In this document: piece after piece, positions 1-12,945 of the stretch
Layout of the letters: each line of letters starts with the position of its first letter
Numbering within the stretch: the stretch's first letter is position 1
NCBI RefSeq assembly: GCF_004010195.1
Contig: NC_057718.1
Span: 67,713,254-67,766,846, forward strand
DNA from: Chiloscyllium plagiosum
Lineage: Eukaryota
Direction of reading: 5' to 3'
DNA length: 53,593 bases
Translations under genes and position numbers: made by a program
Notes under the pieces: generated by a model
Database searches by the model: none
The model's input: only the letters and a program-made list of their open reading frames with translations
What the model was told of the DNA's origin: nothing

Positions 1-1012
1 CCCATGCCTACTACCCTGTGGCTTCTGCACCTTTCCAAAATCTGTTTCCCAATCTGTTTCTCCACATCTCTGCTGCTATTGGGGGGCCTACAGTAAACAC
101 CCAACAAGGTGACTGCTCCTTTCCTATTTCTGACTTCAGCCCATACTACCTCCAAAGGCAGATCCCCCTCGAACTGCCTTTCTGCAGCCATTATACCATT
201 TCTAATTAGCAACGCCACCCCACCTTTTTTTACCACCTCCCCTAATCTTACTGAAACATCTGTAACCAGGAACCTCCAACAACCATTCCTGTCCCTCTTC
301 TATCCACGTTTCCGTGATGGCCACAACATCGTAGTTCCAAGTACCGGTCCACGCCTTAAGTTCACCCACCTTATTTCTGATACTCCTTGCGTGGAAGTAT
401 ACACACTTGAGCCCATCTCTGTGTCCGCAAGTGTTCCCTGTCAGTGCTACCCTCTCCACAGCCTCACTGCATTCTTGGACATCCTGAAAAACAGCTAACC
501 TACTTGCTGGACTACAAGTCCGGATCCCATCCCCCTGCCAAATTAGTTTAAACCCCCCCGAAGAGTGCTAGCAAGCCTACCTCCCAGGATATTGGTGCCC
601 TTCTGGTTCAGGTACAACCCGTTCTGCTTTACAGGTCCCACCTTCCCCAGAATGCAGTTCAATTGTCCAAATACCTGAAGCTCTCCCTCCTACACCATCC
701 TTGCAGCTACGTGTTCAACTGCACTCTCTCCCTATTCCTTGCCTCACTGTCACGTGGCACCGGCAACAACTCAGAGATGACGACTCTGTCCATCCTAGCT
801 TTTAGCTTCCAGCCTAACTCCCTGAGCTCCTGAATGACCTCCCCACCCCTCTTCCTATCTATGTCGTTGGTGCCAATATGCACCATGACTTCTGGCTGCA
901 CACCCTCCCCCTTAAGGATTCTGAAGACACGGTCTGAGACGTCTCGGACCCTGGCACCCGGGAGGCAACAAACCAACCGAGAGTCTCGCCCATGTCCACA
1001 GAACCTCCTGTC
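1..1012 (-). mobile_element. CR1-clade LINE fragment (ORF1 esterase half plus ORF2 endonuclease start), continues beyond the window start
   Basis: Minus ORF 707-1027 encodes CCLPGARVRDV...VHIGTND (CR1 ORF1 SGNH esterase). Minus ORF 202-459 encodes CVYFHARSIRNK...VAITETW...GGV (APE endonuclease N-terminus). Reading frames are broken. Confidence 0.92.
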
Positions 1013-1639
1013 ATATGAAAATGACATGGTTGCATCTTCAAAATACTAAACATTTCAGTGTAGAGAGATGGGAACCAATTTATTTTGTGTATTTAGATGT
1101 GCAAAAAACATTTTGTGAGTTGCCACATAAATTAACAGTCAATTAGAGGTAATAAATTAGCGGAATAAAGGACAGTGCCAGGAGTATACTCAGCAGGGAG
1201 GAACTGTTGTCACGACTACCTTTTTTTTCTGAGCAGTTATAATCCAGTTACTGGAACCCCCTTTGAGCAATGTAATCATTTCAATTGAGCTTATGTCCTT
1301 TCCTCCCCACTGAACTGCAAAAGAATAGCTAAAATACATTTCTCTAGACCAAGGATCTCTCACCTTGATATCAAATGGAGCCTTTTCTAAAATTTAACCA
1401 ACAATGTAATCTCTCAAACTGCAGTAATGTTACTTGAATTGCCATTTCTGTTTCCAAGTAACATATTTCAACCCCTATTTACAAATGTATGTGTGCGCAT
1501 AAAAATATTAGATGCATGTACTGCTGGAATTACCCTTGAAAGTGGTGTGGAGTCATTGCCTTGAACCACTGCCGTCCATATGGACTGTGCACACTCACAG
1601 CGCTTTACTATTCCATAAAGTTTTGATTCGATGAGTTTG

Positions 1640-1760
1640 AGACTATTTCGAAGGCAGTTAAGGGTCAACTAGATTGCTGTGGAGTTTTATGTAGGTTGTA
1701 TATTGTGCAGGCAGCAGATTTCCTTCCCTGTAGGGCATTGGTATCAATGAAAGAGGACAT
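1640..1760 (-). mobile_element. Decayed SINE body fragment (family of 21300-21650)
   Basis: ggcagttaagggtcaac...gatttccttccctgtagggcatt resembles 21373-21462 and 22470-22550. Confidence 0.5.
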
Positions 1761-1883
1761 TTGGTTATCAATTATGTTTTAAAGGTGTTTACAGTAAGAT
1801 TTTAAATATACTTTCTCTTGCAAAGTTAAACGTTTTATAACAATGAAGCATGCCTTTTTAATAAGCACCAACTCCTTTTACGT

Positions 1884-1985
1884 GATGATGTGGAGGTGCA
1901 AGTGTTGGACTGGGTTGGACAACAATCTCACAACGCCAGGTTCTGGTCCAACAACTTTATTTGAAAACATGAGCTTTCAGATCCT
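1884..1985 (-). mobile_element. Decayed PLE pseudo-LTR-like remnant
   Basis: Minus strand reads gaaagctc...aaataaagttgttggacc...ccagtccaacac, resembling a recalled shark PLE terminal repeat. The ribozyme core is not intact. Confidence 0.4.
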
Positions 1986-2669
1986 CGTGTTTGTTTTTTC
2001 AAGTGGAGGGGAGAAAATATATCATTCTTTAATGTGATTTCTGCTCCTGGGTTTCTCCTGAAGAGTCATTTGTGAAATATTCAGAATAATATTTTAATTT
2101 TCAAGCAAAACTGAGCTTTCAGTTATCTTCTCAACTTGCTTATTATGTAATTCATTTGTGAAAAATGCTGACAAAAGTAATTGGATCGGAAAATGGACAA
2201 TATGGGTGTCTCCAACTTTGCACTCAAGTATCTGGCAAAGAATTCTAAGCTTCACATGGTGTTTTCAAGATTTCAGTCCATTTATATTTAAATTGCAAAG
2301 GTAATCTTTTTCAGGCTTTCAAGTTGGGCTGTCAAACTTTTGAACTTGAAAGCTCACATATCCTTGCTGTGAAAGACTGCCGATTCATGTTTTAATGAAA
2401 CATGGCTGACTCCTGAATATAGTGAAAAGTTAGTGTTAAGGTGCCATTTTCTTTCTGAATTCCTGAAAACATCCTACATATGTTTTTATTGTATTTGCAG
2501 AATCCGATTGTAAGTTTTCCTTGCCAAAGCTGGTCAGTTGCCAACTTAAAGGAGTAAGAGTGTTTGGAGCAGCAATGAAAGCCATATTGGCTAAGTGTAC
2601 ATTTAAGGTTACTTTTCAGGTTAATTCAATTTTCCTTTGCCTTTTGCTTTTTCCAGTGAACACACTGTT

Positions 2670-3440
2670 TTCTGGATGATATAGACAGGCTGATAAGATG
2701 GGCTGAACAGTGGTAAATGGAATTTAATACTGCAAAGTTGATGCATTTAGTGAGGATTAACAAGGTAAGGGAGTAAGCATTAAATGGAAGAGCAGAAAAT
2801 CAAAGGCACCATGGTGTGCATGTCCACACAAGATCAAAGACAGCAGGGCAGGGAGGTAAGGTGGTTAACAAGGCATGACAGGAATAGTATTGAGCTCCAG
2901 AACAAGGGTATGATGGAGCTGAATCTAGCATAAACATTTAGTTAAGCCACATCTGGAATGTTCTGTACAGTTCTGTTTGCCACACTACAGGAAGGATGTA
3001 AGTAGATGCATTAGGAAGGATGCATGATATTGCCTGAGCTGGCGTGAATCACTTATGAAGAGAGACTACATATGCTGGATGTTTTCCTTAGAGCAGAGAA
3101 GGCTCAGAAGAGGTGTGATTGAGTGAACAAAGTTATGAAGGCTGTATATAGGGAAAACCTGAGAGGGGTTAATAACTAGGATGGCACAATTTTAAGGTGA
3201 GGAGAAGGAGTTTAGAGAAAATCTGAGTATTCACCCACATGGTTGTGGGTATCTGGAGCTCTCTGCGTAGAGGCAGAAACTCTCAGGCACTAATACGTAT
3301 TTAGATATTACTTGATATGGCACTGCACAGGCTTTGGGTCAAATGCTAGTAAATGGTATTAGAATAGATAGATGCCTGATGGCTTGTGTGGATATGATGG
3401 GCCAGAGTGTGCTCTTCCATGATGTACAAAATACTCTAAT
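2670..3440 (+). mobile_element. Old CR1 3' fragment
   Basis: Degenerate WAEQW.MEFN, HLECSVQF and CR1 3'UTR-like sequence, similar to 11850-12690. Confidence 0.8.
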
Positions 3441-4299
3441 TTCAAAAGTTAAACTTATTTCACATTTAAGTCAATTCTTATGTCGAGTTTTACTTTTGTT
3501 TATTTCATATAGTCCTGCTTTGCTACTGAAAATGTTGATTCTTGCTAGTGTTTGGAGTTATCAATGTTGGCAGACCAGGATTTGAAAATGGGTCTTTAAA
3601 ATCTGTCTTGATATAGTGATATACTGGAGTCTCTTCTCCCATTATAATGGTGATCCAGCTATAATATAATTTGAAAAAAAATCTTGCAACTCTATGTATG
3701 TCCTTTCAACTTTTTTTACACCTCTTACAACCACATTTATAATGGTACCACGGATGTAGAAATTCAGTTAACTGGGAAGATGATAAAAGCTCGAATTATT
3801 TTCCATGGAGCAGAAAACATTGAGCGTAAATTCAATAGAGGTGTTCAGAGTCATGAAGAGTATTGATTAGGTAACTAAGAAAAAATTGTGTGGCAGAAAA
3901 GTTGGTAGCTAGAGTTTACAGATTTGAGGTGGTTGACAAAAGGCAGATTTGTAGACCCAGCAAAAAAACAGTTGGTGTATAATTCTGCTGGTGGGCATTG
4001 AAATACCAAAACAGAAATGCTGCTCTGTGTAGTATCTGAGATATTTATGACTCAAGTCTTTACAAGCAATTTCTGTTTAATATTTTGCAAGTACCTTTTT
4101 TTCTGTCATTTGTGCACTTTTGATAATTGGATTTATAAAAGCATCTTGTGTTCATGCTGGAGGTGCAGTTAATTTAGAGATTAAATAGGCTGCTCAAAGT
4201 ACAGTGTATGGGGCTGTAGGTTACAGATTTGTGTTTGTAGAATATTGAAAGTTTCTTATCCAATTGGAACAGATTGCAGATAAATTAGCACCTTTTTTG

Positions 4300-4410
4300 T
4301 TTAGGTATTTTCTGTTCGGATTGTGCAGAGATGTTATTACACACCATTTGAGCAGGTGAGACTTAAGCACAGGCCTCCTACTCTGAGAAGTAGAGACACT
4401 ACCATGTTCC
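4300..4410 (-). mobile_element. Short decayed tRNA-derived SINE
   Basis: Minus strand has a degenerate tRNA-like head (catggtagtgtctct...gcttaagtctcacc) followed by a short body. Confidence 0.4.
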
Positions 4411-4426
4411 AAAATAGCCCTTTAAA

Positions 4427-4514
4427 AGATCACAGCAGGATTTGAACCTGCGAATTCTTAATAGCACATCCTTAACAACAAAGTCAGATACATTAACCAT
4501 TAGACTGCATGACC
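4427..4514 (-). pseudogene. tRNA-Arg(TCG)-like pseudogene or SINE head with a ~15-nt insert after the anticodon
   Basis: Minus strand: GGTCATG CA GTCT AATGGTTA ATGT A TCTGA CTTTG [~15 nt extra] ...GCAGG TTCAAAT CCTGC TGTGATC, then TTTT. The acceptor stem pairs (with G-U), the T-stem is perfect, and A/B boxes are recognisable. Confidence 0.6.
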
Positions 4515-4535
4515 ATGTGGTTGAATGTTTCTGAT

Positions 4536-4665
4536 TAGGCCAGTGTTTATTGTGCGTCTCAAATTGCTCTTGAGAAGGTGCTGCCTTGATCCATTGCATT
4601 GCTGAGCCTGTAGATACACCCACAGTGCCGTTGGGCGAGAGTTTGTGGATCTTGATCCTTTGATT
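4536..4665 (-). mobile_element. L2/CR1-group LINE 3' tail relic
   Basis: gccagtgtttattg...aattgctcttgagaaggtg matches tails at 31620-31830, 35390-35520 and 47700-47900. Confidence 0.55.
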
Positions 4666-4989
4666 GTAAAGTAGCAGTGTCAAAGTAGTACTTAAATTCG
4701 TGCTACTGCTGTGTTAATGTGGAATAAGAGCTAGAGAGAGGATACAGTATACTGTACTTCACATAAGATATGAAAGCTGCCTCTGGGTTGTCTCAATTGT
4801 TTTTGCCTTGTTTCTTTCAACAAATATTGTTGATCGCAGTAAAACTGCATTTATGTTGGATGGAAAAGCAAAAATATTGTAAATGCTGGAAGTTTCTCAG
4901 ATCAGGCAGAATCTGAAATTTGAATCATGTGATTCTGTTTGTGGAATTTGATGCTATTGCGAATGTAAATTCGATATAGTCCTAACAGG

Positions 4990-5175
4990 GCATAAGGCTG
5001 TTCTCTCATTAAAGAAGAGGTGACTGATTGTGGCTTAACCTGAGGGGTGACCATGCCTCAGCTGAGGGGAGCGATTGAGAAGGAGAGTTCTTCATGGTAA
5101 CCTCAGCCAGTGCAGGAATTGAACCCATACTGTTGGCGTCATTCTGCAGTGCAAACTAGCCATCCAGCCAACTTA
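4990..5175 (-). mobile_element. tRNA-derived SINE
   Basis: Minus strand has B-box gggttcaattcc and body ...aatgagagaacagcc. A related tail occurs at 45783-45835. Confidence 0.6.
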
Positions 5176-6939
5176 ACTTTTCTATAATTAGATGTCTAAA
5201 ACTGCTCATATTAATATAATTACAAACATGTATGATGACTATTTTAAATCTTTGTTTGTAAGTTCCCCATGTTGTCTACCTGATAGTCCAATTATCTTGA
5301 TGTATCAAGCTAAAACTAACCTAGCGAATTCACGAACTATTTGCTACTTCTGATTTGCTTAGTATTCACTAACGACCTCTCTCGTATGTTGGCTAACTTT
5401 CTATCATTGCTGTTATATTTCCCAGTAAAATGCTGGTATTTTTATAATTTCCTGAGATACTTGATCAAATTACTTCTGATTAGTACATGTACTCTGCATG
5501 TAGTACATCCTTTTTATCTGCTATTGCTGTTTCAAAAAAAGCTGTTGACATTTGCTCAAAGCCACTACTTGCCTTTAATAGATCTGTGGTAGCTGCCCTT
5601 CATTATTCTGTACATTCTAATTGCTCATTAAATTGATCTGGAATTATGAATCTTTTGAATTAAGCCAAACAAACCAACTTGTAAACTTGGTTTGTCCATT
5701 TCTGTCTTTTCAAATAGAAATATCATGTTGGCATTCCTAAAATTCCTATTGTGTGGTTTGTAAATTGGAAAATTTACAAGTGGTAGTCAAAGCCTCTGCC
5801 AACTTCACTTATCATTTTCAGCATGCCATCAGAGTGTTTTGAGTTCCACTAATTTTCTAATAGTTATCTCTGTATGGATGCTTTAAATGTTTGTTCTACA
5901 ATCATAATTATACACTGTCCACTATCGTTTGCAAACATTTTACACTTGTGTATCTCCATAACTAGATCTTTCTTTTCATTTCTAAGTGACCAAGACTCTT
6001 CTAAGCATTTTACTTCACATCTTCTCTATGTTTAATCTCCTTGTTTTTCTTCTTTACTCTCTTCAGTCATTCTAATTTCTTTTTAATTCCCCACTACTTC
6101 CAACATACTTCAAAATTCTGTTTAGTACATACTGCTAGCTGTCTCTTGATATCGCACAAAGTATGTGGCTTTGAGAGCCTTGAGAGACAATTGATCTCTG
6201 GCGAAAACTTTCTTTTAGAAGCCTGGGGTTGGGAGTAGGTTTGAATGGAGATGCAATTAAATAGTAATGAAGTCAAGAGTTGAAGGTTAAAGACCATGTT
6301 TTCAAAGGGTTAGGTCAGTGATGTACATGTCAACTGCTACTGAAGCAAAAGTTTAAAAGAACTGGGCTGGGTATGAAGTAATTGGAGAGTGGAAACTTCT
6401 AATAACCTGTGGATAGGCAAGTTCAAGATTGGGAACATGTAGCATGGTGTGCGCAATATTTGAAACAGTTGTTGCAAAGAATTAGGTAGAGAATATTTTG
6501 CAGTAAGACAACGTTTTCAAAGTGGAATCAAGAAGGAAGCAATCTGCTGTCTATTTTTAAAAAGTTCTCATCAAGTAATCATCATTGGGAATCAGAAGAG
6601 GAAAGCACTTAAAATGTTTGAAGAAGGTGCTGGGGGTTAAGCTGAATATGTAACTCAAGACGATGATAACATTTTCAACAATAAAGGCAGAGAAAGCTTT
6701 TTTGAAACATCAGAGCCAGGAATTGCAGCCTGAGGTTTGCAAGCCTGAACATCAGGATGGAGATGGCCAGGAATGTGAAAAATGGCCACTCTGACTGAAT
6801 AGATAGCTGATGAAGGAGTAAAGTTTCATAATTTAATTTGTATAAAATAGCAAACTAAATCATAAATGCTTGTTTTAAAAGTTTATGTATCTGTTAGAAT
6901 TGTTGAGACAAAGCATTATACAAAATAATGCAGGGTGCT

Positions 6940-7935
6940 GGATGGGAAGAATGTGAAGTAAGAAGCTGAAAGTGAAGAAATCCCTAGGAGGCAGTGACCA
7001 TAATATGACAGAATTCAACCTGCAGTTTGAGGAAGGCAAAGAGGAATCCGATGTTATGGTGTTGTGATCGAGTGAAGATAAGTACAAAAGCATGAGAGAA
7101 GAGTTGGCTAGAGTTGATTAGAAGAGAAGTCTAGCAGGGAAGACAGTAAAGCATCAATAGCAGGAGTTTCTGGGAGTAATTCAGGAGGCACACAGAAATT
7201 CATCCCAAGTAAGAAAATGTACTAAAGGGCGGAGGAGACAACTATGGGCTGACACGGGAAGTCTGGGACAGCATAAAAGCAAAAAGATAAAAAAGCAAAA
7301 CTCAGGGAAAGATGAAATTGGCTTATTGGCAGAAAGCAGAGAGTACAGATAAAGGAGTCCTTTTCAGACTAGAGCCGGTGACAAATGGAGTTCTGAAGAA
7401 ATCTGTAGTAGGATCATAATTATTCACATTATACATTAATGATCCAGACAAAGGAACTGAGGGCATTTTTGCTAAGTTTGCAGATGACACAAAAATGGGT
7501 GGATGGATGGGTAGTGTTGAGGAAGCAGGGGCAGGATAGACAGGTTAGGAGAGTGGTTAAAGAAGTAGCAGATGGAATACAATGTGGGAAAGTATAAGGT
7601 TATGCTATGCTTGGGTAGGAAGAATAAAGGTGTAGACTATTTTCTAAATGGGTAAAGGCTTTGGAAATCTGAAGTACAAAGGATTTTGGAGTTCATGGTC
7701 AGGACTCCAAAAGCATATTATATGAGGAGTGTTTGAGGGCTCTGTTTGTACTGAATTGAGTTTAAAAAGGCTGTTGGGGGAGCAGGGGCAGGCTGGAAGG
7801 GATCGGATTTAAATTTGCAGAATGCAGAGAGATTTGCATAGAATGGGCATGGAACAGAGGTTTCCACTGTAGAAGAAATTGGGATTTGAGGGCACAGCCT
7901 CAGAGTGAAGGGATTACCTTTTTAGAACTGAGATG
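6940..7935 (+). mobile_element. Old, internally deleted CR1 ORF2 fragments
   Basis: LGGSDHN (ctaggaggcagtgaccataat) and KFADDTK (aagtttgcagatgacacaaaa) motifs, followed by a decayed C-terminus. Confidence 0.8.
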
Positions 7936-8055
7936 ATGAGTCTCATGTGGTCATTCTTATGGAATCACATGTTGCAGACAATGTCCTAGACATCACACCT
8001 CTATCACTATCCCATTGTATATCATATTCTGCTGGCAGGGCACACCTACCTGAAG

Positions 8056-8440
8056 TGTGACGATGCATTGGGTTTAAGAGGTATATTTTTGTCCTGGTTT
8101 TTTTATGATGAGAGGTTGAGACAGGTGATCAGCATTCTGTTAACAGCTTGTGAGGCATTAGGTATTTTTTTTAAATTGAAACAATAGAAGAAGCATGGAG
8201 GGATGGGGTCATGCTCCCATAGAACCAGGCTTTCAGTTTAACTTTCAGTAGCTGTTGGGTTTTGGAAGCTGTTACACATCTGTCCCTGTTGCAGCAAAAC
8301 GCTTGTTCTATCTCTCAGACTTTTCTCTTGATGTTCTTTTGTTCTGGACTAGAGAAACATTGCATGTGAGACAATTTAGTTCACTGAATTTGCCTGTGCC
8401 AAGGGTGTATTTATGGAAACAACTATTCAATTGCCATTAA
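8056..8440 (+). mobile_element. LTR-like element, 5' part (interrupted by CR1)
   Basis: Begins TGTGACG and appears to resume at 12946. Assignment rests on resemblance to recalled shark solo LTRs; no TSD found. Confidence 0.5.
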
Positions 8441-8969
8441 AATGCATTTTATAAAAAACACACACACACACTTTCCTCGAATTCCAGGAGCAGCAATTAC
8501 TGTTTTATATGCTGTTGCATTGTTTTGGATCTTTGGAAAAAAAAATATCTAAACAACAACAGTTTAAAAGGGAGAAGAGCAGACAAAGGAAGCATATGGT
8601 GAGGACAGTGCAAGAGAGAGAGAGAGAACCTGCACAGTTACCACCTTTCCTGTTTGAATTTGTGTATAGCTGGACATCGGGGTGCATCTGGGAAAGTTAC
8701 CAAACAGTGAATTTCACAACTAAACTTGGAGGAACTGTTGGGCGAAGTTCACAGCACAGAATCCGATAAGTTAATTGTTGTTTTATGTCTGTCCAAGAGA
8801 AAGGCTGCAGTAGTGAGTAGTGATTCTTTCTTGATTATTTGTTTTTGGAGATAAGTCTCTTGATTAAACTTAAAATATAAGCCATAACTATTAATTTAAC
8901 CTGGGGCAGTGTTTTGTAGAGGAATAAGACGGTGTTATTTTCTGGGTCTGTAGATTGTGATGAACAAAA

Positions 8970-9903
8970 ATGGCCTTTGTAGTGATATGTACTTCTTGTC
9001 AGATGTGGGAGTTTAAAGAGAGTTTAAGGGTTACTGCAGATTATATCTGCCATAAATGCTGTTGGATGCGAATCTTATCAGATCGAGTGGATAGATTGGA
9101 GAGTCATATAGAAGCGATGAGGAATTTGCAACAGCAACAGTATGTGATGGATGGCAGTTATAGGAAGGGAGGGAAAGTCTCAGATACAGTCACATAGATG
9201 GGTTAACTCCAGGAAGGGTAAGAGAGGTAGGCAGCTAGTGCAGGAGTCTTTTGTGGATATACCCATTTCAAACAGGTATGCTGTTTTGGAAAATGTAGGG
9301 GATGATGGATTCTCAGGGGAACGTAGCACGAACAGCCAAGTTTCTGGTGTTGAGACTGGCTCTGATGCAACGCGGGGTACGTCAGCTTCCAAGAGATCAA
9401 TTGTGTTGGGGATTCTGTAGTCAGAGGTACAGACAGATGTTTCTGTGGCCAGCAGAGATAAAGCAGAATGGTGTGTTGTTTCCCTTGTGCCAGGATCAAG
9501 GATGTCTCGGAGTGGGTGCAGAATGTTCTCGCGAGGGAGAGGGGCCAGCAGGAGGTCATTGTCCACATTGGAACTAACGATATAGGAAGGGAAAAGGTTG
9601 AGATTCTGAAGGGAGATTACAGAGAGTTAGGCAGAAATTTAAAAAGGAGGCCCACGAGGGTACCTAATATCTGGATTACTCCCAGTGCTACGAGCTAGTG
9701 AGGGCAGGAATAGGAGGATAGCGCAGATGAATGCATGGCTGAGGAGCTGGTGTATAGAAGAAGGATTCACAATATTGGATCATTGGAATCTCTTTTCAGG
9801 TAGAAGTGACCTGTACAAGAAGGATGGATTGCACCTAAATTGGAGGGGGACTAATATACTGGCAGGGAAATTTACTAGAACTACGTGGAAGGATTTAAAT
9901 TAG
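8970..9903 (+). pseudogene. CR1 ORF1, frameshifted
   Basis: CTSC...CHKC zinc finger, heptad region, ISNRYAVL, VHIGTND and DGLHLN motifs, split over four ORF pieces. Confidence 0.9.
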
Positions 9904-10019
9904 TAAGGAGGGGGGGTTGGACCCAGGGAGAGAGTGAGGAAAGAGATCGATCTGAGATAGGTATAGCTGAGAACAGAAGTGAGTCAAACAGTCAGGGCAG
10001 ACAGAGACAAGGTAGGACT

Positions 10020-12613
10020 AATAAATTAAACTGCATTTATTTCAATGCAAGGGGCCTAACAGGGAAGGCAGATGAACTCAGGGCATGGATAGGAACATGG
10101 GGATATCATAGCAATTACGGAAACATGGTTCAGGGATGGGCAGGACTGGCAGCTTAATGTTCCAGGATACAAATGCTACAGGAAGGATAGAAAGGGAGGC
10201 AAAAGAGGAGGGGGAGTGGCATTTTTGATAAGAGATAGCATTACAGCTGTGCTGAGGGAGGATATTTCCAGAAATACATCCGGTGAAGTTATTTGGGTGG
10301 AATTGAGAAATAAGAAAGGGATGATCACCTTTATTAGGATTGTATTCTAGACCCCCCAACAGTCAGAGGGAAATTGAGAAACAAATTTGTAAGGCAATCT
10401 CAACTATCTGTAAGAATAATAGGGTAGTTATGGTAGGGGATTTTAACTTTCCAAACATCGACTGGGACTGCCATAGTGTTAAAGGTTTAGATGGAAAGAA
10501 ATTTCTGAAGTGTGTACAAGACAATTTTCTGATTCAGTATGTGGATGTGCCAACTAGAGAAGGTGCAAAACTTGACCTACTCTTGGGAAGTAAGGCAGGA
10601 CAGGTGACTGAGGTGTCAGTGGGGGAGTACTTTGGGGCCAGGGACCGTAATTCTACTTGTTTTAAAATAGTGACGGAAAAGGAGAGACCAGATCTAAAAG
10701 TTGAAGTTCTAAATTGGAGAAAGGCCAATTTTGACAGTATTAGGCAAGAACTTTTGAAAGCTGATTGGAGGCAGATGTTTGCAGGTAAAGGGATGGCTGG
10801 AAAATAGGAAGCCTTCAGAAATGAGATATCAAGAATCCAGAGAAAGTATATTCCTGTTAGGGTGAAAGGGAAGACTGGTAGGTATAGGGAATGCTGGATG
10901 ACTAAAGGTTTTACAAATATATTAAGGACAAAAGGGTAACTAGGGAGAGAATAGGGCGCCTCAAAGATCAGTAAAGCAGCCTTTTTGTGGAGCCACAGAA
11001 AATGGGGGAGATACTGAATGAATACTTTGCATCAGTATTTACTGTGGAAAAGGATATGGAAGATGTAGACTGTAGGGAAATGGATGGTGACATCTTGCAA
11101 AATGTCCAGATTACAGAGGAGGATGTGCTGGATGTCTTGAAACAATTAAAGGTGGATAAATCCCCACGACCTGATCAGGTGTACCCGAGAACTCTGGGAA
11201 GCTAGAGAAGTGATTGCTGGGCCTCCTGCTGGGATATTTGTATCATCAATAGTCACAGTGAGGTGCCGGAAGACTGGAGGTTGGCAAACGTGGTGCCATT
11301 GCTTAAGAAGGACGGTAAAGACAAGCCAGGGAACTATAGACCAGTGAGCCTGAACTCGGTGGTGGGCAAGTTGTTGGAGGGAATTCTGAGGGACAGGATG
11401 TACATTTATTTGGAAAGGCAAGGACTGGTTCGGGATAGTCAACGTAGCTTTGTGCGTGGGAAATCATGTCTCATGATTGAGTTTTTTGAAGAAGTAACAA
11501 AGAAGATTGATGAGGGCAGAGCAGTAGATGTGATCTATATGGACTTCAGTAAGGCGTTCAACAAGGTTCCCCATGGGAGACTGATTAGCAAGGTTAGATC
11601 TCATGGAATACAAGGAGAACTGGCTCAAAGGTAGAAGACAGAGGGTAGTGGTGGAGGATTGTTTTTCAGACTGCCGGCCTGTGACCAGTGGAGTGCCACA
11701 AGGATCGGTGCTGGGCCCTCTACTTTTTGTCATTTACATCAATGATTTTGATGCGAGCATAAGAGGTACAGTTAGTAAGTTTGCAGTTGACACCAAAATT
11801 GCAGGTGTAATGGAGAGCGAAGAGGGTTACCTCAGATTACAACAGGATCTGGACCAGATGGGCCAATGGGCTGAGAAGTGGCAGATGGAGTTTAATTCCA
11901 ATAAATGCGAGGTGCTGCAATTTGTGAAAGCAAATCTTAGCAGGACTTATACACGTAATGGTAAGGTCCTAGGGAGGGTTGCTGAACAAAGAGACCTTGG
12001 AGTGCAGGTTCATTGCTCCTTGAAAGTGGAGTCGCAGGTAGATAGGATAGTGAAGAAGGCGTTTGGTATGCTTTCCTTTATTGATCAGAGTATTGAGTAC
12101 AGGAGTTGGGAGGTTATGTTGTGGCTGTACAGGACATTGGTTAGGCCACTGTTGGAATATTGCGTGCAATTCTGGTCTCCTTCCTATTGGAAAGATGTTG
12201 TGAAACTTGAAAGGGTTCAGAAATGATTTACAAGGATGTTGCCAGGGTTGGAGGATCTGAGCTACAGGGAGTTGCTGAACAGGCTGGGGCTGTTTTCCCT
12301 GGAGCGTTGGAGGGGTGTCCTTATAGAGGTTTACGAAATTATGAGGGGCATGGATAGGATAAATAGACAAAGTCTTTTCCCTGGGGTGGGGGAGTCCAGA
12401 ACTAGAGGGCATAGGTTTAGGGTGAGAGGGGAAAGATATCAAAGAAAACTACGGGGCAACTTTTTCACGCAGAGGGTGATACGTGTATGGAATGAGCTGC
12501 CAGAGGATGTGGTGGAGGCTGGTACAATTGCAACATTTAAGAGGCATTTGGATGGGTATATGAATAGGAAGGGTTTGGAGGGATATGGGACGGGTGCTGG
12601 CAGGTGGGACTAG
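10020..12613 (+). pseudogene. CR1 ORF2 (APE endonuclease plus reverse transcriptase), disrupted
   Basis: CIYFNARG, GDFN, LDL, NYRPVSL, YMDFSKAF, GVPQGSVLGPLLF, KFAVDTK (YADD-equivalent mutated), WNELP. Multiple stops, frameshifts and deletions. Confidence 0.95.
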
Positions 12614-12692
12614 ATTGGGTTGGGATATCTGGTTGGCATGGATGGGTTGGACCCGAAGGGTCTGTTTCCATGCTGTACATCTCTATGACTCT

Positions 12693-12945
12693 TTATATAT
12701 ATATATATATTCACACACACATAAATATATACACACTCACTCACTCACACTTGAATATACGCACGCATGAATATACACACGCATGCAGAAATATACATAC
12801 ATACGCGTACACTATATATATACGCGCACACTATATATACGCATAGTATATATACGCACACGCTGTATATATACACATACTATATATATACCTATATATA
12901 CAGAAATATAAGCATGTGCACATATCTATATATATATACACACAC
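12693..12945. repeat. Compound (TA)n/(CA)n microsatellite
   Basis: Imperfect alternating purine-pyrimidine dinucleotide repeats directly after the CR1 tail. Confidence 0.95.

Larger units (their letters stand above)
8470..12692 (+). mobile_element. Near full-length decayed CR1 (HER1-like) LINE
   Basis: About 500-nt 5'UTR, ORF1 (Zn finger/leucine zipper plus esterase), ORF2 (APE plus RT), and a 3'UTR ending ctctatgactct. Confidence 0.96.

Noticed and set aside
11969..12442. 157-aa minus ORF and similar ORFs at 18373-18823, 39773-40003 and 50775-51134
   Set aside because: Antisense frames of CR1 ORF2, recurring only because the repeat recurs.
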